Under the pieces are notes generated by a model. That model ran no database searches, was not told the DNA's origin, and saw only the letters and a list, made by a program, of their open reading frames with translations. The position numbers and the translations under genes were made by a program. This document shows positions 49,762-59,681 of a stretch of 64,000 bases of DNA, piece after piece (the first letter of the stretch is position 1; every line of letters starts with the position of its first letter). Location of the stretch: assembly GCA_051002895.1 (NCBI GenBank), contig JBPCLW010000047.1, positions 2,273 to 66,272 of the forward strand. Reading direction: 5' to 3'. This stretch comes from Candidatus Dormibacteria bacterium. GTDB taxonomy: Bacteria > Chloroflexota > Dormibacteria > Aeolococcales > Aeolococcaceae.

Positions 49762-49794
49762 CGTGCGGCCTGGCGGGAGGCCATGATCTGAGCC

Positions 49795-50253
49795 GTGGCG
49801 GTCTACATCTTCGTCTTCGTCGTCTTCATCCTCATTCTCTTCGGGGCGTATCGCAGTCTGGGAATAGCGGCGACGGCGGTCGCCAGTCCGGAGCGGGTTC
49901 TTCTCGCCATCTCGCGCGAGCTGCGGAGCAATGTCGAGGCCATGCGCATCGCCACCGAGAACGTGGCGTCCGCGGCCAAGGAGGGGAGGCGCACCGCGAC
50001 CGGCGCGGCGCAGCAGCTCTCCCAGATCGAGGAAGGGGACGATGATCGCCGGTCTGCGGTCGAACTGCTTGGTGCTGCCGCGGAGAGCTGCGGCTGGGCC
50101 GGCAGACTCATGGAGAGCGAGGCATACCCAGCGAATCCCGGACTCCAGGAGGCCGCCTCAGGACTCTTGGATCACGCGGCGCAATGCCTCGCTGCGGTCG
50201 TCATCGATAGCGCGGAGAACTCGCCGAGCGACACCGAGCAGCCGGTCAGCTGA
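49795..50253 (+). CDS. hypothetical membrane-anchored protein
   Basis: N-terminal TM helix (VYIFVFVVFILILFGAY) followed by an Ala/Glu-rich soluble region. Confidence 0.4.
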   Translation: MAVYIFVFVVFILILFGAYRSLGIAATAVASPERVLLAISRELRSNVEAMRIATENVASAAKEGRRTATGAAQQLSQIEEGDDDRRSAVELLGAAAESCGWAGRLMESEAYPANPGLQEAASGLLDHAAQCLAAVVIDSAENSPSDTEQPVS

Positions 50254-51181
50254 CCTCTGCGTTGCCCAGCCGGCTGCGGAAGAACTCGACAGTGCGCGGC
50301 AACCCGTCATCGAGTGCCACCTGGGGCGTCCAACCGAGCCGCTGCCGCGCCAGCGCGATGTCCAGGCAGGATCCGCGCTGCTCCCCCGGCCGCCCCGCTG
50401 CCATCTCGGCTGTAGCTGTGCTCTCGCAGGCGGTGGCAAGGCGGCGATGCAGCTGGTTGACGTCGCACGTTTCCCCTGTCCCGACGTTGTAGGCTCCCGG
50501 CGGACCGCTCATGGCGGCGACGTTGGCGGCGACAACGTCATCGACGTACACGAAGTCACGAGTCTGAGAACCATCCCCAAAGATGCGCGTGGGCTGGCCG
50601 CGGATAAGTCGTTCCGAGAAGATGGCGACGACCCCCGCCTCACCATGGGGATCCTGGCGAGGACCGTAGACGTTGCTGTAGCGCAGCGCCACGAACTCGA
50701 GGTCATTGAGCTGGGCAAAGACACCACCATAGATCTCGCCACAGAGCTTGGCGGCGCCGTACTGCGAAGCCGGCCTCGTGGGGTGCGACTCTGGCGTTGG
50801 CAGCACCTCGGTGTCGCCGTAGAGGGCACCACCGCTGGAGGCGAAGATGAAACGTCGGGCGCCAACACGCGCGGCGGCAGCGAGCAGGTTGACGGTGCCG
50901 AGGACGTTGATGTGGGTGTCGAGCTGAGGCTCGCTCACCGAGCGACGCACATCGATCTGCGCTGCCTCGTGGAAGACGGTCTCGGGGCGGAAGCGCTGCA
51001 GGACAGAGTCCATGTCCCCGTTGATGTCGAGTTCGACGAATTCCGCGACGGCATCGTTGACCTGCTCGCGGCGGCCCCGAGAGAGATCGTCAACGACGCA
51101 GACATCGTGTCCGTCGCGGATCAGCCGGTCGACCAGCGTGGACCCGATGAAGCCTGCGCCGCCGGTCACGAGGCATCTCAT
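50246..51181 (-). CDS. NAD-dependent epimerase/dehydratase (UDP-glucose 4-epimerase-like extended SDR)
   Basis: TGGAGFIGS Rossmann motif, YxxxK (YGAAK), 311 aa. Confidence 0.8.
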   Translation of the reverse strand: MRCLVTGGAGFIGSTLVDRLIRDGHDVCVVDDLSRGRREQVNDAVAEFVELDINGDMDSVLQRFRPETVFHEAAQIDVRRSVSEPQLDTHINVLGTVNLLAAAARVGARRFIFASSGGALYGDTEVLPTPESHPTRPASQYGAAKLCGEIYGGVFAQLNDLEFVALRYSNVYGPRQDPHGEAGVVAIFSERLIRGQPTRIFGDGSQTRDFVYVDDVVAANVAAMSGPPGAYNVGTGETCDVNQLHRRLATACESTATAEMAAGRPGEQRGSCLDIALARQRLGWTPQVALDDGLPRTVEFFRSRLGNAEVS

Positions 51182-52248
51182 CCGGTCTGCTCTCCGGGGT
51201 GCCGCGCCGGATGGGGCGAGACGTGGAGGTGGGTGATGGCGAAGACAACGAATCCGAGAAGTACCAGACTGCCGTAAGAGATGCTGCGATCGAGCAGAGC
51301 GATGGAGAGGGCGTCGTTGTTGCTGATGCCGGCAACCAGCGTCAGCACCCCGACCATGCCGGCCTCGACGAGTCCGATGCCCCCGGGGAGGAAGGGAACC
51401 GTGGTGAGCAGAGCGGCGACCAGGGCGATGAGGAGGAACTGCGAGGGACCAACCTCTCGGGTGAAGCCCAGCGCTCCGACAACGAAGCCGAGCCGAGCTG
51501 CCTCGAGTCCCCAGACGAGGACGGTGAGGGAGAGAAGCAGAGGCAGCCGTTTCAGCGACTCCACGGCGCCGATCCGAAAGCCCTGATAGCGATGGAAGAT
51601 GGCCTCCGGCATGAGGCGGAGGATTCGCTGACCGCGGCCGGCCCGCATCACCAGAATGACAGCGATGCCGAGTGAACTCACCGTGAGACCGGCAATGACA
51701 TAGGGGACCAGCGCTCCGGGGGCGCGTCGATGAAAGGTGTAGGCTCCGGCGATCAGCAGCAGGCCCATGAGGACGACCAGGTCCATGAGGCGCTCGGCAA
51801 TGATCGTTCCCAGGGCCTTGGTGCCCGAGATGTGTTGGCGCAGTCGGCCGAGGTACGCCCGGTAGACATCGCCCATCTTGGCCGGCACCACGCAGTTCAC
51901 AAAAAACGACGTCACCAGGATCAGCGTCAGGGGTCGCGTCGGCCGTTCCTCTCCGGCGTTGGCAAGGAGAAGTTTCCAGCGATAGCCACGCACCAGGAAG
52001 GAGGCGTAGTAGGCGGCGAGGCCGAGAGCGTAAAGCTTGGGATCAGCGTGGCTGATGCGCGTCCACGCATCCCCCCAGTTGATCGGAGCGCGCCAGATGG
52101 CGATGGCGACGATGATGATCGCGCTGCCGATCGACAGCAGTGTTCGTCGGGTGAGGAAGCGGCTGGCTAGAACTGGCGCCGTCTCGGGCGCTGGCTCCTC
52201 GACTGCCGCGAGTGGGGAGCTGGACACGATTGCAGGCAACAGTACCAC
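51178..52248 (-). CDS. flippase-like / lysylphosphatidylglycerol-synthase TM-region family membrane protein (UPF0104)
   Basis: ~8 predicted TM helices; 4-nt overlap with the epimerase. Start placed at the GTG at 52248 (GGAG upstream) to avoid overlap with the next gene; ORF track gives 52380. Confidence 0.55.
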   Translation of the reverse strand: MVLLPAIVSSSPLAAVEEPAPETAPVLASRFLTRRTLLSIGSAIIIVAIAIWRAPINWGDAWTRISHADPKLYALGLAAYYASFLVRGYRWKLLLANAGEERPTRPLTLILVTSFFVNCVVPAKMGDVYRAYLGRLRQHISGTKALGTIIAERLMDLVVLMGLLLIAGAYTFHRRAPGALVPYVIAGLTVSSLGIAVILVMRAGRGQRILRLMPEAIFHRYQGFRIGAVESLKRLPLLLSLTVLVWGLEAARLGFVVGALGFTREVGPSQFLLIALVAALLTTVPFLPGGIGLVEAGMVGVLTLVAGISNNDALSIALLDRSISYGSLVLLGFVVFAITHLHVSPHPARHPGEQTG

Positions 52249-52282
52249 GCGATCCTGGAGGCTCCATGAACGGGGGCGCCAG

Positions 52283-52801
52283 TCAGCTGCGGGAACGCCG
52301 CACCCGGCTGATGAGCGGTTGTCGCCGCGGTGTGACCTCGGCACCTTCGCGTTCGGCGAGCACCTGGGCGAGACGATCAATGTGCGTGGTGCCGCTCCGT
52401 GCGTTGGGGGGTCGGCTGTCCCACTGGCGAACCTGGAAGACGCCCTTCAAGGCCGTGTAGGGGATCCCCAGAATGCGGACCTCTGTGCTGCCGGGTTCGA
52501 GCATCTGCCAGATGCCGCCGTAGCGGCCGAGCATGGCGTCGGGCGCGATCGATGCGCGCAGCACCTGCCCGTCGGCGAAGTGGAATGCCGCCCGATCCCA
52601 GTCGGCCACCTCCTCGGCGTTCGGGCCTGGGGCGGTGCCGAGGATGAGTTGACGGATGGCCGAGAGGGGGAACAGAGCCCGCTCGTTGTTGGGATCGACG
52701 CCGCGCACCTCGGCCTCGAGGAGGGGGTGCTCGAAGGTCAACTCGCTGATCTCAGCATGGAGGATCTCGCCGTCGACAAAGCTGATGAGAATCTCGTCCA
52801 T
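52283..52801 (-). CDS. hypothetical protein (172 aa)
   Basis: Starts at the ATG at 52801 (MDEILISFVDGEILHAEISELTF...). The ORF-track extension to 53458 is antisense to ltaE and rejected. Confidence 0.4.
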   Translation of the reverse strand: MDEILISFVDGEILHAEISELTFEHPLLEAEVRGVDPNNERALFPLSAIRQLILGTAPGPNAEEVADWDRAAFHFADGQVLRASIAPDAMLGRYGGIWQMLEPGSTEVRILGIPYTALKGVFQVRQWDSRPPNARSGTTHIDRLAQVLAEREGAEVTPRRQPLISRVRRSRS

Positions 52802-52903
52802 GAGGGCAGCGTAGGGCACCCAACGTCGCCGGCGTCGGTCGTGAGTGAGAAGATCTCGGCGTCCAGGCCGCCCTACAGCGCGCCGGCACCTCGAGGAGGA
52901 CGC

Positions 52904-53977
52904 ATGGAGTCGCGCGAGCCCATCGATCTGCGCAGTGACACCTTCACCGTGCCGAACGCAGCGATGCGCCGGGCCATGGCCGATGCCGAGGTGGGGGACG
53001 ATGTGTGGGGCGAGGATCCCACCGTTGCGCGGCTCGAGGAGCGAACCGCTGAAATTCTCGGCAAGGAGGCCGGGCTCTATGTCGTCAGCGGCACCATGGG
53101 CAATCTCATCGCCGTCGCCGCGCAGACGCGGCCCGGTGACGAGGTCATCGCCGACAGTGAGTCCCACATCGCCATCTACGAGGTGGCGGGCGCCGCCGTC
53201 GTGAGCGGCGTCCAGCTGCGTTTGCTGGAGTCCTTCGAGGGCTGCCCCGCACCGGACGCGATCATCGCCGCCATACGCAGCGAGGACATCCATGTGCCCA
53301 TCTCCCGGCTGCTCTGCCTCGAGAACACTCATAACCGCCGCGGCGGCGCGGCGGTGGCGATCGACCGTATCGGGGCCGCCGCCGACACCGCGCGCAGCAA
53401 CGGGCTCCGGGTGCACTGCGACGGGGCCCGACTGATGAACGCGGCCGTGGCGCTGCAACCGACCGACCCGCTTCGTGCCGCGGCGGAGCTTGTTCGTTCC
53501 TGCGACACCGTCTCCATCTGCCTCAGCAAGGGACTCGGCGCACCAGTGGGATCTGTCCTATGTGGCGATGCCGACGTCATCGCCGCTGCCAGGCGGTGGC
53601 GCAAGAGGCTCGGAGGCGGCATGCGTCAGGCAGGCATCATCGCCGCAGCAGGCATTTGGGCGTTGGAGCAGAACGTCTCTCGCATTGCCCACGATCACGC
53701 GCGAGCGTCCCGCCTCGCCGAGGCCCTCAGGGACGTCGCCGAGCTGGTGCTTCCCGCCGTGGCGACGAACATTGTCCTCGTCCGGGTCGTTCCGGATGCC
53801 GGCGAGGTCGCCGCTCGCTGCGCTGCGGAGGGCGTGAAGGTGACGGTGATGGGTCCGCGAATGATCCGCTGCATGACCTATCTGGGAGTCGAGGACGCAG
53901 ACATCGCGCGGGCCATCGATGTCCTCTGCACCGTGCTGGGATCCACCGAACCACGGACAGCGACCCTGGCCTCATAA
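52904..53977 (+). CDS. ltaE: low-specificity L-threonine aldolase
   Basis: IDLRSDTFTVPN...GTMGNLIA...SICLSKGLGAPVGS (PLP Lys) motifs; the ATG at 52904 is preceded by GAGGAGGA. Confidence 0.8.
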   Translation: MESREPIDLRSDTFTVPNAAMRRAMADAEVGDDVWGEDPTVARLEERTAEILGKEAGLYVVSGTMGNLIAVAAQTRPGDEVIADSESHIAIYEVAGAAVVSGVQLRLLESFEGCPAPDAIIAAIRSEDIHVPISRLLCLENTHNRRGGAAVAIDRIGAAADTARSNGLRVHCDGARLMNAAVALQPTDPLRAAAELVRSCDTVSICLSKGLGAPVGSVLCGDADVIAAARRWRKRLGGGMRQAGIIAAAGIWALEQNVSRIAHDHARASRLAEALRDVAELVLPAVATNIVLVRVVPDAGEVAARCAAEGVKVTVMGPRMIRCMTYLGVEDADIARAIDVLCTVLGSTEPRTATLAS

Positions 53978-53980
53978 AAA

Positions 53981-54008
53981 GAGGGGCCCCGATCTCTCGG
54001 AGCCCCTC
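53981..54008. terminator. bidirectional GC hairpin between convergent ltaE and the basic-protein gene
   Basis: GAGGGGC-cccgatctctcgga-GCCCCTC immediately after the ltaE TAA, with an AAAA tract on the 5' side. Confidence 0.45.
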
Positions 54009-54027
54009 CACCGGATGCGTGGGTCAG

Positions 54028-54672
54028 CTAGCTCCCGGGTGCTGCTGCGGGGGTCGTCGCAGCTGCCGTGGTGCGACGCGTGCTGGTGCGACGCGCCGTG
54101 CCGCGTTTCGCAGTGGCGCGCTTCACACCCGTGCGCTTGGCGGTCGTCCGCTTGGCCGTCGTCCGCTTCGCGGTGGTGCGCTTGACACCGGTGCGCTTGG
54201 CGGTCGTCCGCTTGGCGCCGGTCGTGCGCTTGGCGGTGGTGCGCTTCGCGGTGCGGCGGACGGTACGCTTGGCCGCCCCGGTGGCACGCTTCACGGCGCG
54301 CTTGGCACCCGTCGCGCGCTTCGCGGCGGTGCGACGCCCGTTGGTGCTCTTGGCACGGGTGCCCCGCTTCGCAGTGCGCTTGGCACCGGTCGCGCGCTTC
54401 GCGGTGGTGCGCTTGGCTCTGCCGGTAACTGCCGTACCGACACGCGATGCGGCCTTTCGGATCTCTGCCTCAAGCTTGACGACGGACTTTTCGAGTCCGG
54501 CGAGACGCTTCTCCAGCTCGTTGACGGGGAGGGCACGAACAAGTCCCTGCACCGCCTTGATGAGGTCGTTTCCGCCTCCACTGACGCGACGGCTCGTCGT
54601 CGACGTTGCACGGCGCACCGTGCGTTTGACGGCGCGCTTTGCGCCTGTCGTGCTTCGCCTTGTCCTGGCCAT
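54028..54672 (-). CDS. highly basic histone-like / nucleoid-associated protein with an N-terminal coiled coil and a TAKR(T)-type pentapeptide repeat tail
   Basis: 214 aa, ~35% Arg+Lys. NELEKRLAGLEKSVVKLEAEIRKAA coiled coil, then (A/T)AKRTT-type repeats x>15. Confidence 0.6.
   Translation of the reverse strand: MARTRRSTTGAKRAVKRTVRRATSTTSRRVSGGGNDLIKAVQGLVRALPVNELEKRLAGLEKSVVKLEAEIRKAASRVGTAVTGRAKRTTAKRATGAKRTAKRGTRAKSTNGRRTAAKRATGAKRAVKRATGAAKRTVRRTAKRTTAKRTTGAKRTTAKRTGVKRTTAKRTTAKRTTAKRTGVKRATAKRGTARRTSTRRTTAAATTPAAAPGS
54100..54420. repeat. imperfect 15/30-bp tandem repeats (cgcttggcggtcgtccgcttggc-type) underlying the TAKR peptide repeats
   Basis: Read directly in the DNA. Confidence 0.75.
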
Positions 54673-55089
54673 ATTGGATGGGCCTCCGTTGGTGACAGTC
54701 GGCGTCTGTTGCCGCCTGTCTGGTCCTACGTTTTGGACAGGGAGAGGACTATCCCCCCGCCGGAATCGTGCATAGCATGCTGCTTACATACACGGTTGTC
54801 AATGTCAACCGCGCGTGCGTGTCACGCTGCACGACTCTGCGAGAGGTTATCGACGTCGCTGTGACCGTGCACAGCGACATGGCAGCGGCAACTCGTTCCT
54901 GTGATTTTCCTGCCAGGAGCGCCGGGTACATGGGGCGCGAAACGGCACTGCGATCGGGTCGTGAGGAGAAGCGTATAGTCGGCTCGCTGAATACGAAATC
55001 AGGAACTTTCGGAGGTGACGCGCGTTGTCTGCGCACCGGATCAGGAAGTCCGCGAACCGCCATCAGCGACTCACCGGAGAGGCGCGAGC

Positions 55090-56355
55090 GTGACCCAGGC
55101 GGCTAGCGCGGGTTCGCACCTGCCGTCGGCAACGGCATGCCAGCTCTTCGACCTCGCGGCTGACCGCCTCGGCCTCGATGAGTCGCTGCGCTGCGTGCTG
55201 CGGGGGATCAAGCGCGAGTTCGTCGTCCATTTCCCGGTGGAGATGGATGACGGCACCTTCGAGGTGTTCACCGGGTTCCGGGTGCAGCACAACATCGTCC
55301 GTGGTCCCGCCAAGGGTGGGATCCGCTACCACCCCGCCATGACCCTTGACGATGCCCGCGCGCTGGCCATGTACATGACGTGGAAGTCAGCGGTTGTGGA
55401 CCTTCCCTTCGGCGGCGCCAAGGGCGGTGTCATCTGCGATCCCAAGCGGCTCAGCGCTGCCGAACTCGAGCGTCTCACCCGCCGCTTCACCACGGAGATC
55501 TCGCTGCTGGTGGGTCCCGAGAAGGACATTCCCGCGCCCGACCTGGGGACTAATCCGCAGGTGATGGCTTGGATGATGGACACGCTGTCGATGCACGCCG
55601 GCTACTCCATTCCGGCATCGGTCACCGGCAAGCCGGCGGCGATCGGCGGATCCGAGGGTCGATACAGCGCCACCGGCCGCAGCGTGGCCATCGTCGCGGT
55701 GCAGGCTCTTCGTGACCGCGGCATCGACCCGGCCGGCGCAACCGCGGCGGTGCAGGGTTTCGGGCAGGTTGGATCCATCGCCGCCGACCACCTGGCGGCG
55801 CACGGAATGCGGGTTGTTGCGGTCAGTGACAGCGGAGGGGGAGCCCATCGTGGCGACGGCCTCGACCTCGTCGCGATCCGCTCACTGAAGGAAGAGGGCG
55901 GAGCCATCGCCGACGCCGCCGGCACGGAGCCACTGACGAACGCGGAACTCCTCACGCTCGACGTTGACATTCTCGTGCCCGCCGCTATGGAGTCGGCAAT
56001 CTCGCCGGAGAATGCCGACGCGGTTCATGCCCGAGTGATCGCAGAAGGCGCCAACGCTGCCATCGAGCCGGCCGCCGACGAGATCCTCGCCGCCAACGGC
56101 ATCATCGTGGTCCCCGATATCCTCGCCAACTCCGGTGGTGTGGTGGTCTCGTACTTCGAGTGGGTCCACGATCTTCAGGCGTACTTCTGGGCCGCCGGCG
56201 AGGTGAACACGCGACTCAAGGAGATCGTCCTGCGCAGTTATGACCAGGTGCGGGTTCGGGCAGAGCAGGAGGATGTCACCCTGCGCACTGCGGCCTGGGA
56301 GATCGCCGTGGAACGCGTCGCCGCTGCCACCAAGGTGCGGGGCATCTACCCCTGA
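55090..56355 (+). CDS. gdh: Glu/Leu/Phe/Val dehydrogenase family (glutamate dehydrogenase)
   Basis: KGGIRYHP...LPFGGAKGG (catalytic Lys), Rossmann GFGQVG. GTG start at 55090 with GGAGAGG upstream (ORF track gives 55015). Confidence 0.85.
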   Translation: MTQAASAGSHLPSATACQLFDLAADRLGLDESLRCVLRGIKREFVVHFPVEMDDGTFEVFTGFRVQHNIVRGPAKGGIRYHPAMTLDDARALAMYMTWKSAVVDLPFGGAKGGVICDPKRLSAAELERLTRRFTTEISLLVGPEKDIPAPDLGTNPQVMAWMMDTLSMHAGYSIPASVTGKPAAIGGSEGRYSATGRSVAIVAVQALRDRGIDPAGATAAVQGFGQVGSIAADHLAAHGMRVVAVSDSGGGAHRGDGLDLVAIRSLKEEGGAIADAAGTEPLTNAELLTLDVDILVPAAMESAISPENADAVHARVIAEGANAAIEPAADEILAANGIIVVPDILANSGGVVVSYFEWVHDLQAYFWAAGEVNTRLKEIVLRSYDQVRVRAEQEDVTLRTAAWEIAVERVAAATKVRGIYP

Positions 56356-56463
56356 GGGCCCTCGAGAAAGGCGCAGGGCGCCGGTGCGGTTGGGCTTGGT
56401 AGGACGGACATAGTCGCGCCCGGCCCTCTGCGCCTTACCATGAACCAGGATCGTGAAGGAGGG

Positions 56464-57573
56464 ATGACGGTGGCACCGAAACGGGTTCTCATCACCGGCG
56501 TCTCGCGCTTCTGGGGAGCCGAGCTGGCCGCCCGCCTCGAGGCGGATCCTGATGTCGAGCAGATCGTTGCCATCGACAGTGAGGGTCCGGCCCGCGAGCT
56601 GGCGCGCACCGATGTCATTCGGGCCGACCTGCGGCACCGTCTCATCGGCAAGCTCATCCGCGACCTCGGCATCAACACCGTCATTCACGCGGGTCTCATC
56701 GTTGACCCGCGCGGGGCGTCAGGGCGGCGGATCCACGAGTCGAACGTCATCGGGACCATGAACCTCATGGCCGCCTGCAGCGGGCCCGACTCCCCGGTGC
56801 GACAGCTGGTGGTCAAGTCCAGCACTGCCATCTACGGCAGCGAGCCCGACGATCCCTCGTTCTTCTCCGAGAGCATGCAGCGCCGTTCGCCGGCCCGCGA
56901 CAGCATCACCCGGAGCATCGACGAATTCGAGAACTACATCCGCGACTTCAGTCTCCGTCGGGCCGACACCACCGTCACCGTGCTGCGCTTCGCCAATGTC
57001 CTGGGGATCGAGAATGACACTCCGTTCGCGTCGCTCTTCGACCTCCCAGTCGTGCCCACCGTCTTCGGTTTTGACCCGCGGCTGCAGTTCATCCACGAGG
57101 ACGACGCGGTGGCGGCGATGGAGCATGCAGTGCGTGCCAATCGGCCAGGCGTGTTCAACGTAGGCGGCGACGGCATCGTCGTGCTCAGCCAGGCTGTGGC
57201 GATGCTCGGCAAGGTCAACGCGCCGGTTCTGCCCTTCATCGCTCCCGGCCTGGCGGTGGCGGCGTTGCAGCGACTCGGTCTGGTCGACTTCCCTCCCCAC
57301 CTGGCGCGGCTGCTCCAGTACGGCCGGGTGGTCGACACCACCGCGATGCGCGATGAGCTCGGATTCACGCCGGGGCATACCACCCTGGAGACGGTCGCGG
57401 ACTACGCACGGCGGCTGCGCGTGCGCAACGTCGTGGACCCGGACCCCTATACGTATGAGGCGGACCTCGAGCGCCTGTTGCGCAGCAAGGCGCGTCGCCT
57501 CGCAGGAGCGACCACGAGCAGTCGGGCACGGGCTCCGCGGCGGACGCGCAAGCCCGCGTCGACCGCGTCGTGA
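56464..57573 (+). CDS. NAD-dependent epimerase/dehydratase family protein (atypical SDR)
   Basis: VLITGVSRFWGAEL; the ATG at 56464 is preceded by AAGGAGGG. Confidence 0.7.
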   Translation: MTVAPKRVLITGVSRFWGAELAARLEADPDVEQIVAIDSEGPARELARTDVIRADLRHRLIGKLIRDLGINTVIHAGLIVDPRGASGRRIHESNVIGTMNLMAACSGPDSPVRQLVVKSSTAIYGSEPDDPSFFSESMQRRSPARDSITRSIDEFENYIRDFSLRRADTTVTVLRFANVLGIENDTPFASLFDLPVVPTVFGFDPRLQFIHEDDAVAAMEHAVRANRPGVFNVGGDGIVVLSQAVAMLGKVNAPVLPFIAPGLAVAALQRLGLVDFPPHLARLLQYGRVVDTTAMRDELGFTPGHTTLETVADYARRLRVRNVVDPDPYTYEADLERLLRSKARRLAGATTSSRARAPRRTRKPASTAS

Positions 57574-58643
57574 CCGCGCGGTCTAACGGACACCGCAAGA
57601 CCCGGCTCGACGCGCTCACCGAGGTGGCCTCGGCAGCGCGCAGCGTCGTCGCAGCCATCCCCGCCGGCGGCTCGTTGCCCCGCCTGAGACTGCCAAGTCT
57701 GAGGCGGCTTCAGCGTGATCTTCCCAACCAGGCGATGATGGCGACGGGTCAGCTAGCCATGACCTTGCGCGACCTCACCGGTCGCGACGTCATCGACCTC
57801 GAAACACTGCAGGACGTCATCGGCCTCGCGTACCGGATCCAGATGGTGCGGGGCCAGCATCGCCGCGGCGAATGGACGGTGGACGAATTTGGCTTTGACC
57901 GCGAATGGGCAGAGATCTTCCTTCCCATCTTCCGGCTCATCTACCGAAAGTATTGGCGCGTCGACACCAGCGGATTGCAGCACATCCCGCGGCGTGGAGG
58001 CGCCCTGCTGGTGAGCAACCACGCGGGAGTCCTGCCCCTCGACGGCGCCATGATCAAGGTGGCCGTGCACGAGGCCACCGATCGCCACGCCCGGGCCCTG
58101 ATCGCCACCTTTTTCGGAGGACTCCCCGCCGCGTCCTGGTTTCTCCGCCGCACCGGACAGACCCTCGGCCATCCCGACGATTCCCGGCGCCTCCTCGACA
58201 GCGGTGAGCTCGTTCTCGTCTTTCCTGAGGGCGTCAGGGGAACAGGCAAGCCGTGGAACGAGCGCTATCAACTGCGCCGTTTCGGTCGCGGCGGTTTCGT
58301 TGCCGCGGCGATTCGCTCGCAGGTCCCGATCATCCCCATCTCCGTTGTGGGCAGCGAGGAGACGTACCCCATGCTCGCTGACGTCAAGCCGCTGGCGGAT
58401 CTTCTCGGCATGCCCTACTTCCCGATCACGCCGACCTGGCCGCTGCTCGGTCCGCTTGGTCTCGTCCCCCTGCCGAGCAAGTGGAGCATCCGCTTCCACG
58501 AGCCCGTGCGCACCGATGAGATGTCTCCGGAGCGGGCTCGCGATCCGGCCCACATCATGGCGGTGAGTGACGGGGTTCGCGACGTCATTCGTGACGGCAT
58601 CGCCCGGGGACTCATGGAGCGGGTCAGGCCCTTCCGCGGTTAG
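57570..58643 (+). CDS. lysophospholipid acyltransferase (PlsC/LPLAT family)
   Basis: LLVSNHAGVLPLDG (HX4D-like block), VFPEGVRG (block III). GTG start overlapping the upstream TGA. Confidence 0.7.
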   Translation: MTARSNGHRKTRLDALTEVASAARSVVAAIPAGGSLPRLRLPSLRRLQRDLPNQAMMATGQLAMTLRDLTGRDVIDLETLQDVIGLAYRIQMVRGQHRRGEWTVDEFGFDREWAEIFLPIFRLIYRKYWRVDTSGLQHIPRRGGALLVSNHAGVLPLDGAMIKVAVHEATDRHARALIATFFGGLPAASWFLRRTGQTLGHPDDSRRLLDSGELVLVFPEGVRGTGKPWNERYQLRRFGRGGFVAAAIRSQVPIIPISVVGSEETYPMLADVKPLADLLGMPYFPITPTWPLLGPLGLVPLPSKWSIRFHEPVRTDEMSPERARDPAHIMAVSDGVRDVIRDGIARGLMERVRPFRG

Positions 58644-58664
58644 GAGCGTTTCCCCGCCTCGTGC

Positions 58665-59225
58665 TCAGAGTCCAGTGGGTAGGGGAGCGCTGGCGTGATA
58701 CTCGGGATGGTCGGCGACAACACGCGCGGAGCCGGTTCCCGATCGCACCGCCTCACGCTGTTCGGAGGTGAGTCGAAATCGCAGGAAGTGAACGCTCTCG
58801 GTGACATCGGACGGGCGGGTCTGTGCCGGCCCGGGAATCTCCTCTGCGGTCGCGCGCTGCCCATTGACGTCCAGCGCGATGTGATGCTGGAGGCCCCGCC
58901 AGCGCTGCAAGTGCGTGCGAACGGTGGATTGGTCCTCCAGTTCGACGAGCATGGTGGCAACAAACGATGTGTCATCGGGCAGCAGCCGGGTGTAGGTGTC
59001 GATTTCGCTCTGCGCCTGGGCGGCGTCGCTGATGCCTTCGACGTAGACCATTTCCTGGACCTGGTACCGCAGCGTCTCGGGTGTCTCGAATTCGAGCGCG
59101 AGTGATTCGCCGAGTTGAACGCGGCGATCGCGACGCAACGCGATCATCCGGGCACGCTCGTCAGCCCGGCGTTCCCCGTACGCCGAGCGGTCGAGGATGA
59201 GGTCATCAAGGGTGAGTGCGGTCAT
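58665..59225 (-). CDS. conserved hypothetical protein (resembles the DUF3501 family often paired with rubrerythrin)
   Basis: The ATG at 59225 is preceded by a perfect GGGAGGA SD, 3 nt after the rubrerythrin stop. Confidence 0.55.
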   Translation of the reverse strand: MTALTLDDLILDRSAYGERRADERARMIALRRDRRVQLGESLALEFETPETLRYQVQEMVYVEGISDAAQAQSEIDTYTRLLPDDTSFVATMLVELEDQSTVRTHLQRWRGLQHHIALDVNGQRATAEEIPGPAQTRPSDVTESVHFLRFRLTSEQREAVRSGTGSARVVADHPEYHASAPLPTGL

Positions 59226-59240
59226 CGGTCCTCCCACGAC

Positions 59241-59681
59241 TCACGCGGTGGTGGCCACCTGGTTGCGGACTTCGTCCAGCGACTTCTGGAAGCGGCCGGC
59301 GTGAGTCTTCTCGGCACGGGCGAGAGTGGCGAACCAATCAGCGATCTCCTCGAAGCCCTCTTCCCGCGCGGTCCTGGCAAATCCCGGGTACATCGCGGTG
59401 AACTCGTACGTCTCACCGGCGATCGACGAGGCGAGGTTTTCCTCGGTTGTTCCCATGGGCTCGTCGGTGGCGGGATCGCCGGCCGCCAGCAGGAACTCCG
59501 CGTGCCCGAAGGCGTGTCCGGTCTCCGCGGCGGCGGTGTCCTGGAACATCTCGGCAACGGGGTTATGGCCTTCCTTCTCCGCCTGACGCGCGAAGAAGAG
59601 GTACCGACGATTGGCCATGCTCTCGCCGGCAAAGGCTTCCTTGAGCGCCAGATGTGTCTTGCTTCCCTTGAGTTCGGTCAT
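59241..59681 (-). CDS. rubrerythrin-family ferritin-like diiron protein (no rubredoxin domain)
   Basis: Two ExxH diiron half-sites ([15 protein letters not shown]...AEKEGH and [14 protein letters not shown]...AEKTH). The ATG at 59681 has GAGGGA upstream and overlaps the regulator stop (ATGA). Confidence 0.75.
   Translation of the reverse strand: MTELKGSKTHLALKEAFAGESMANRRYLFFARQAEKEGHNPVAEMFQDTAAAETGHAFGHAEFLLAAGDPATDEPMGTTEENLASSIAGETYEFTAMYPGFARTAREEGFEEIADWFATLARAEKTHAGRFQKSLDEVRNQVATTA

Noticed and set aside
52802-53458. N-terminal part of the 391-aa minus ORF 52283..53458
   Set aside because: Antisense to ltaE. Only the last 172 codons (from the ATG at 52801) look like an independent gene.
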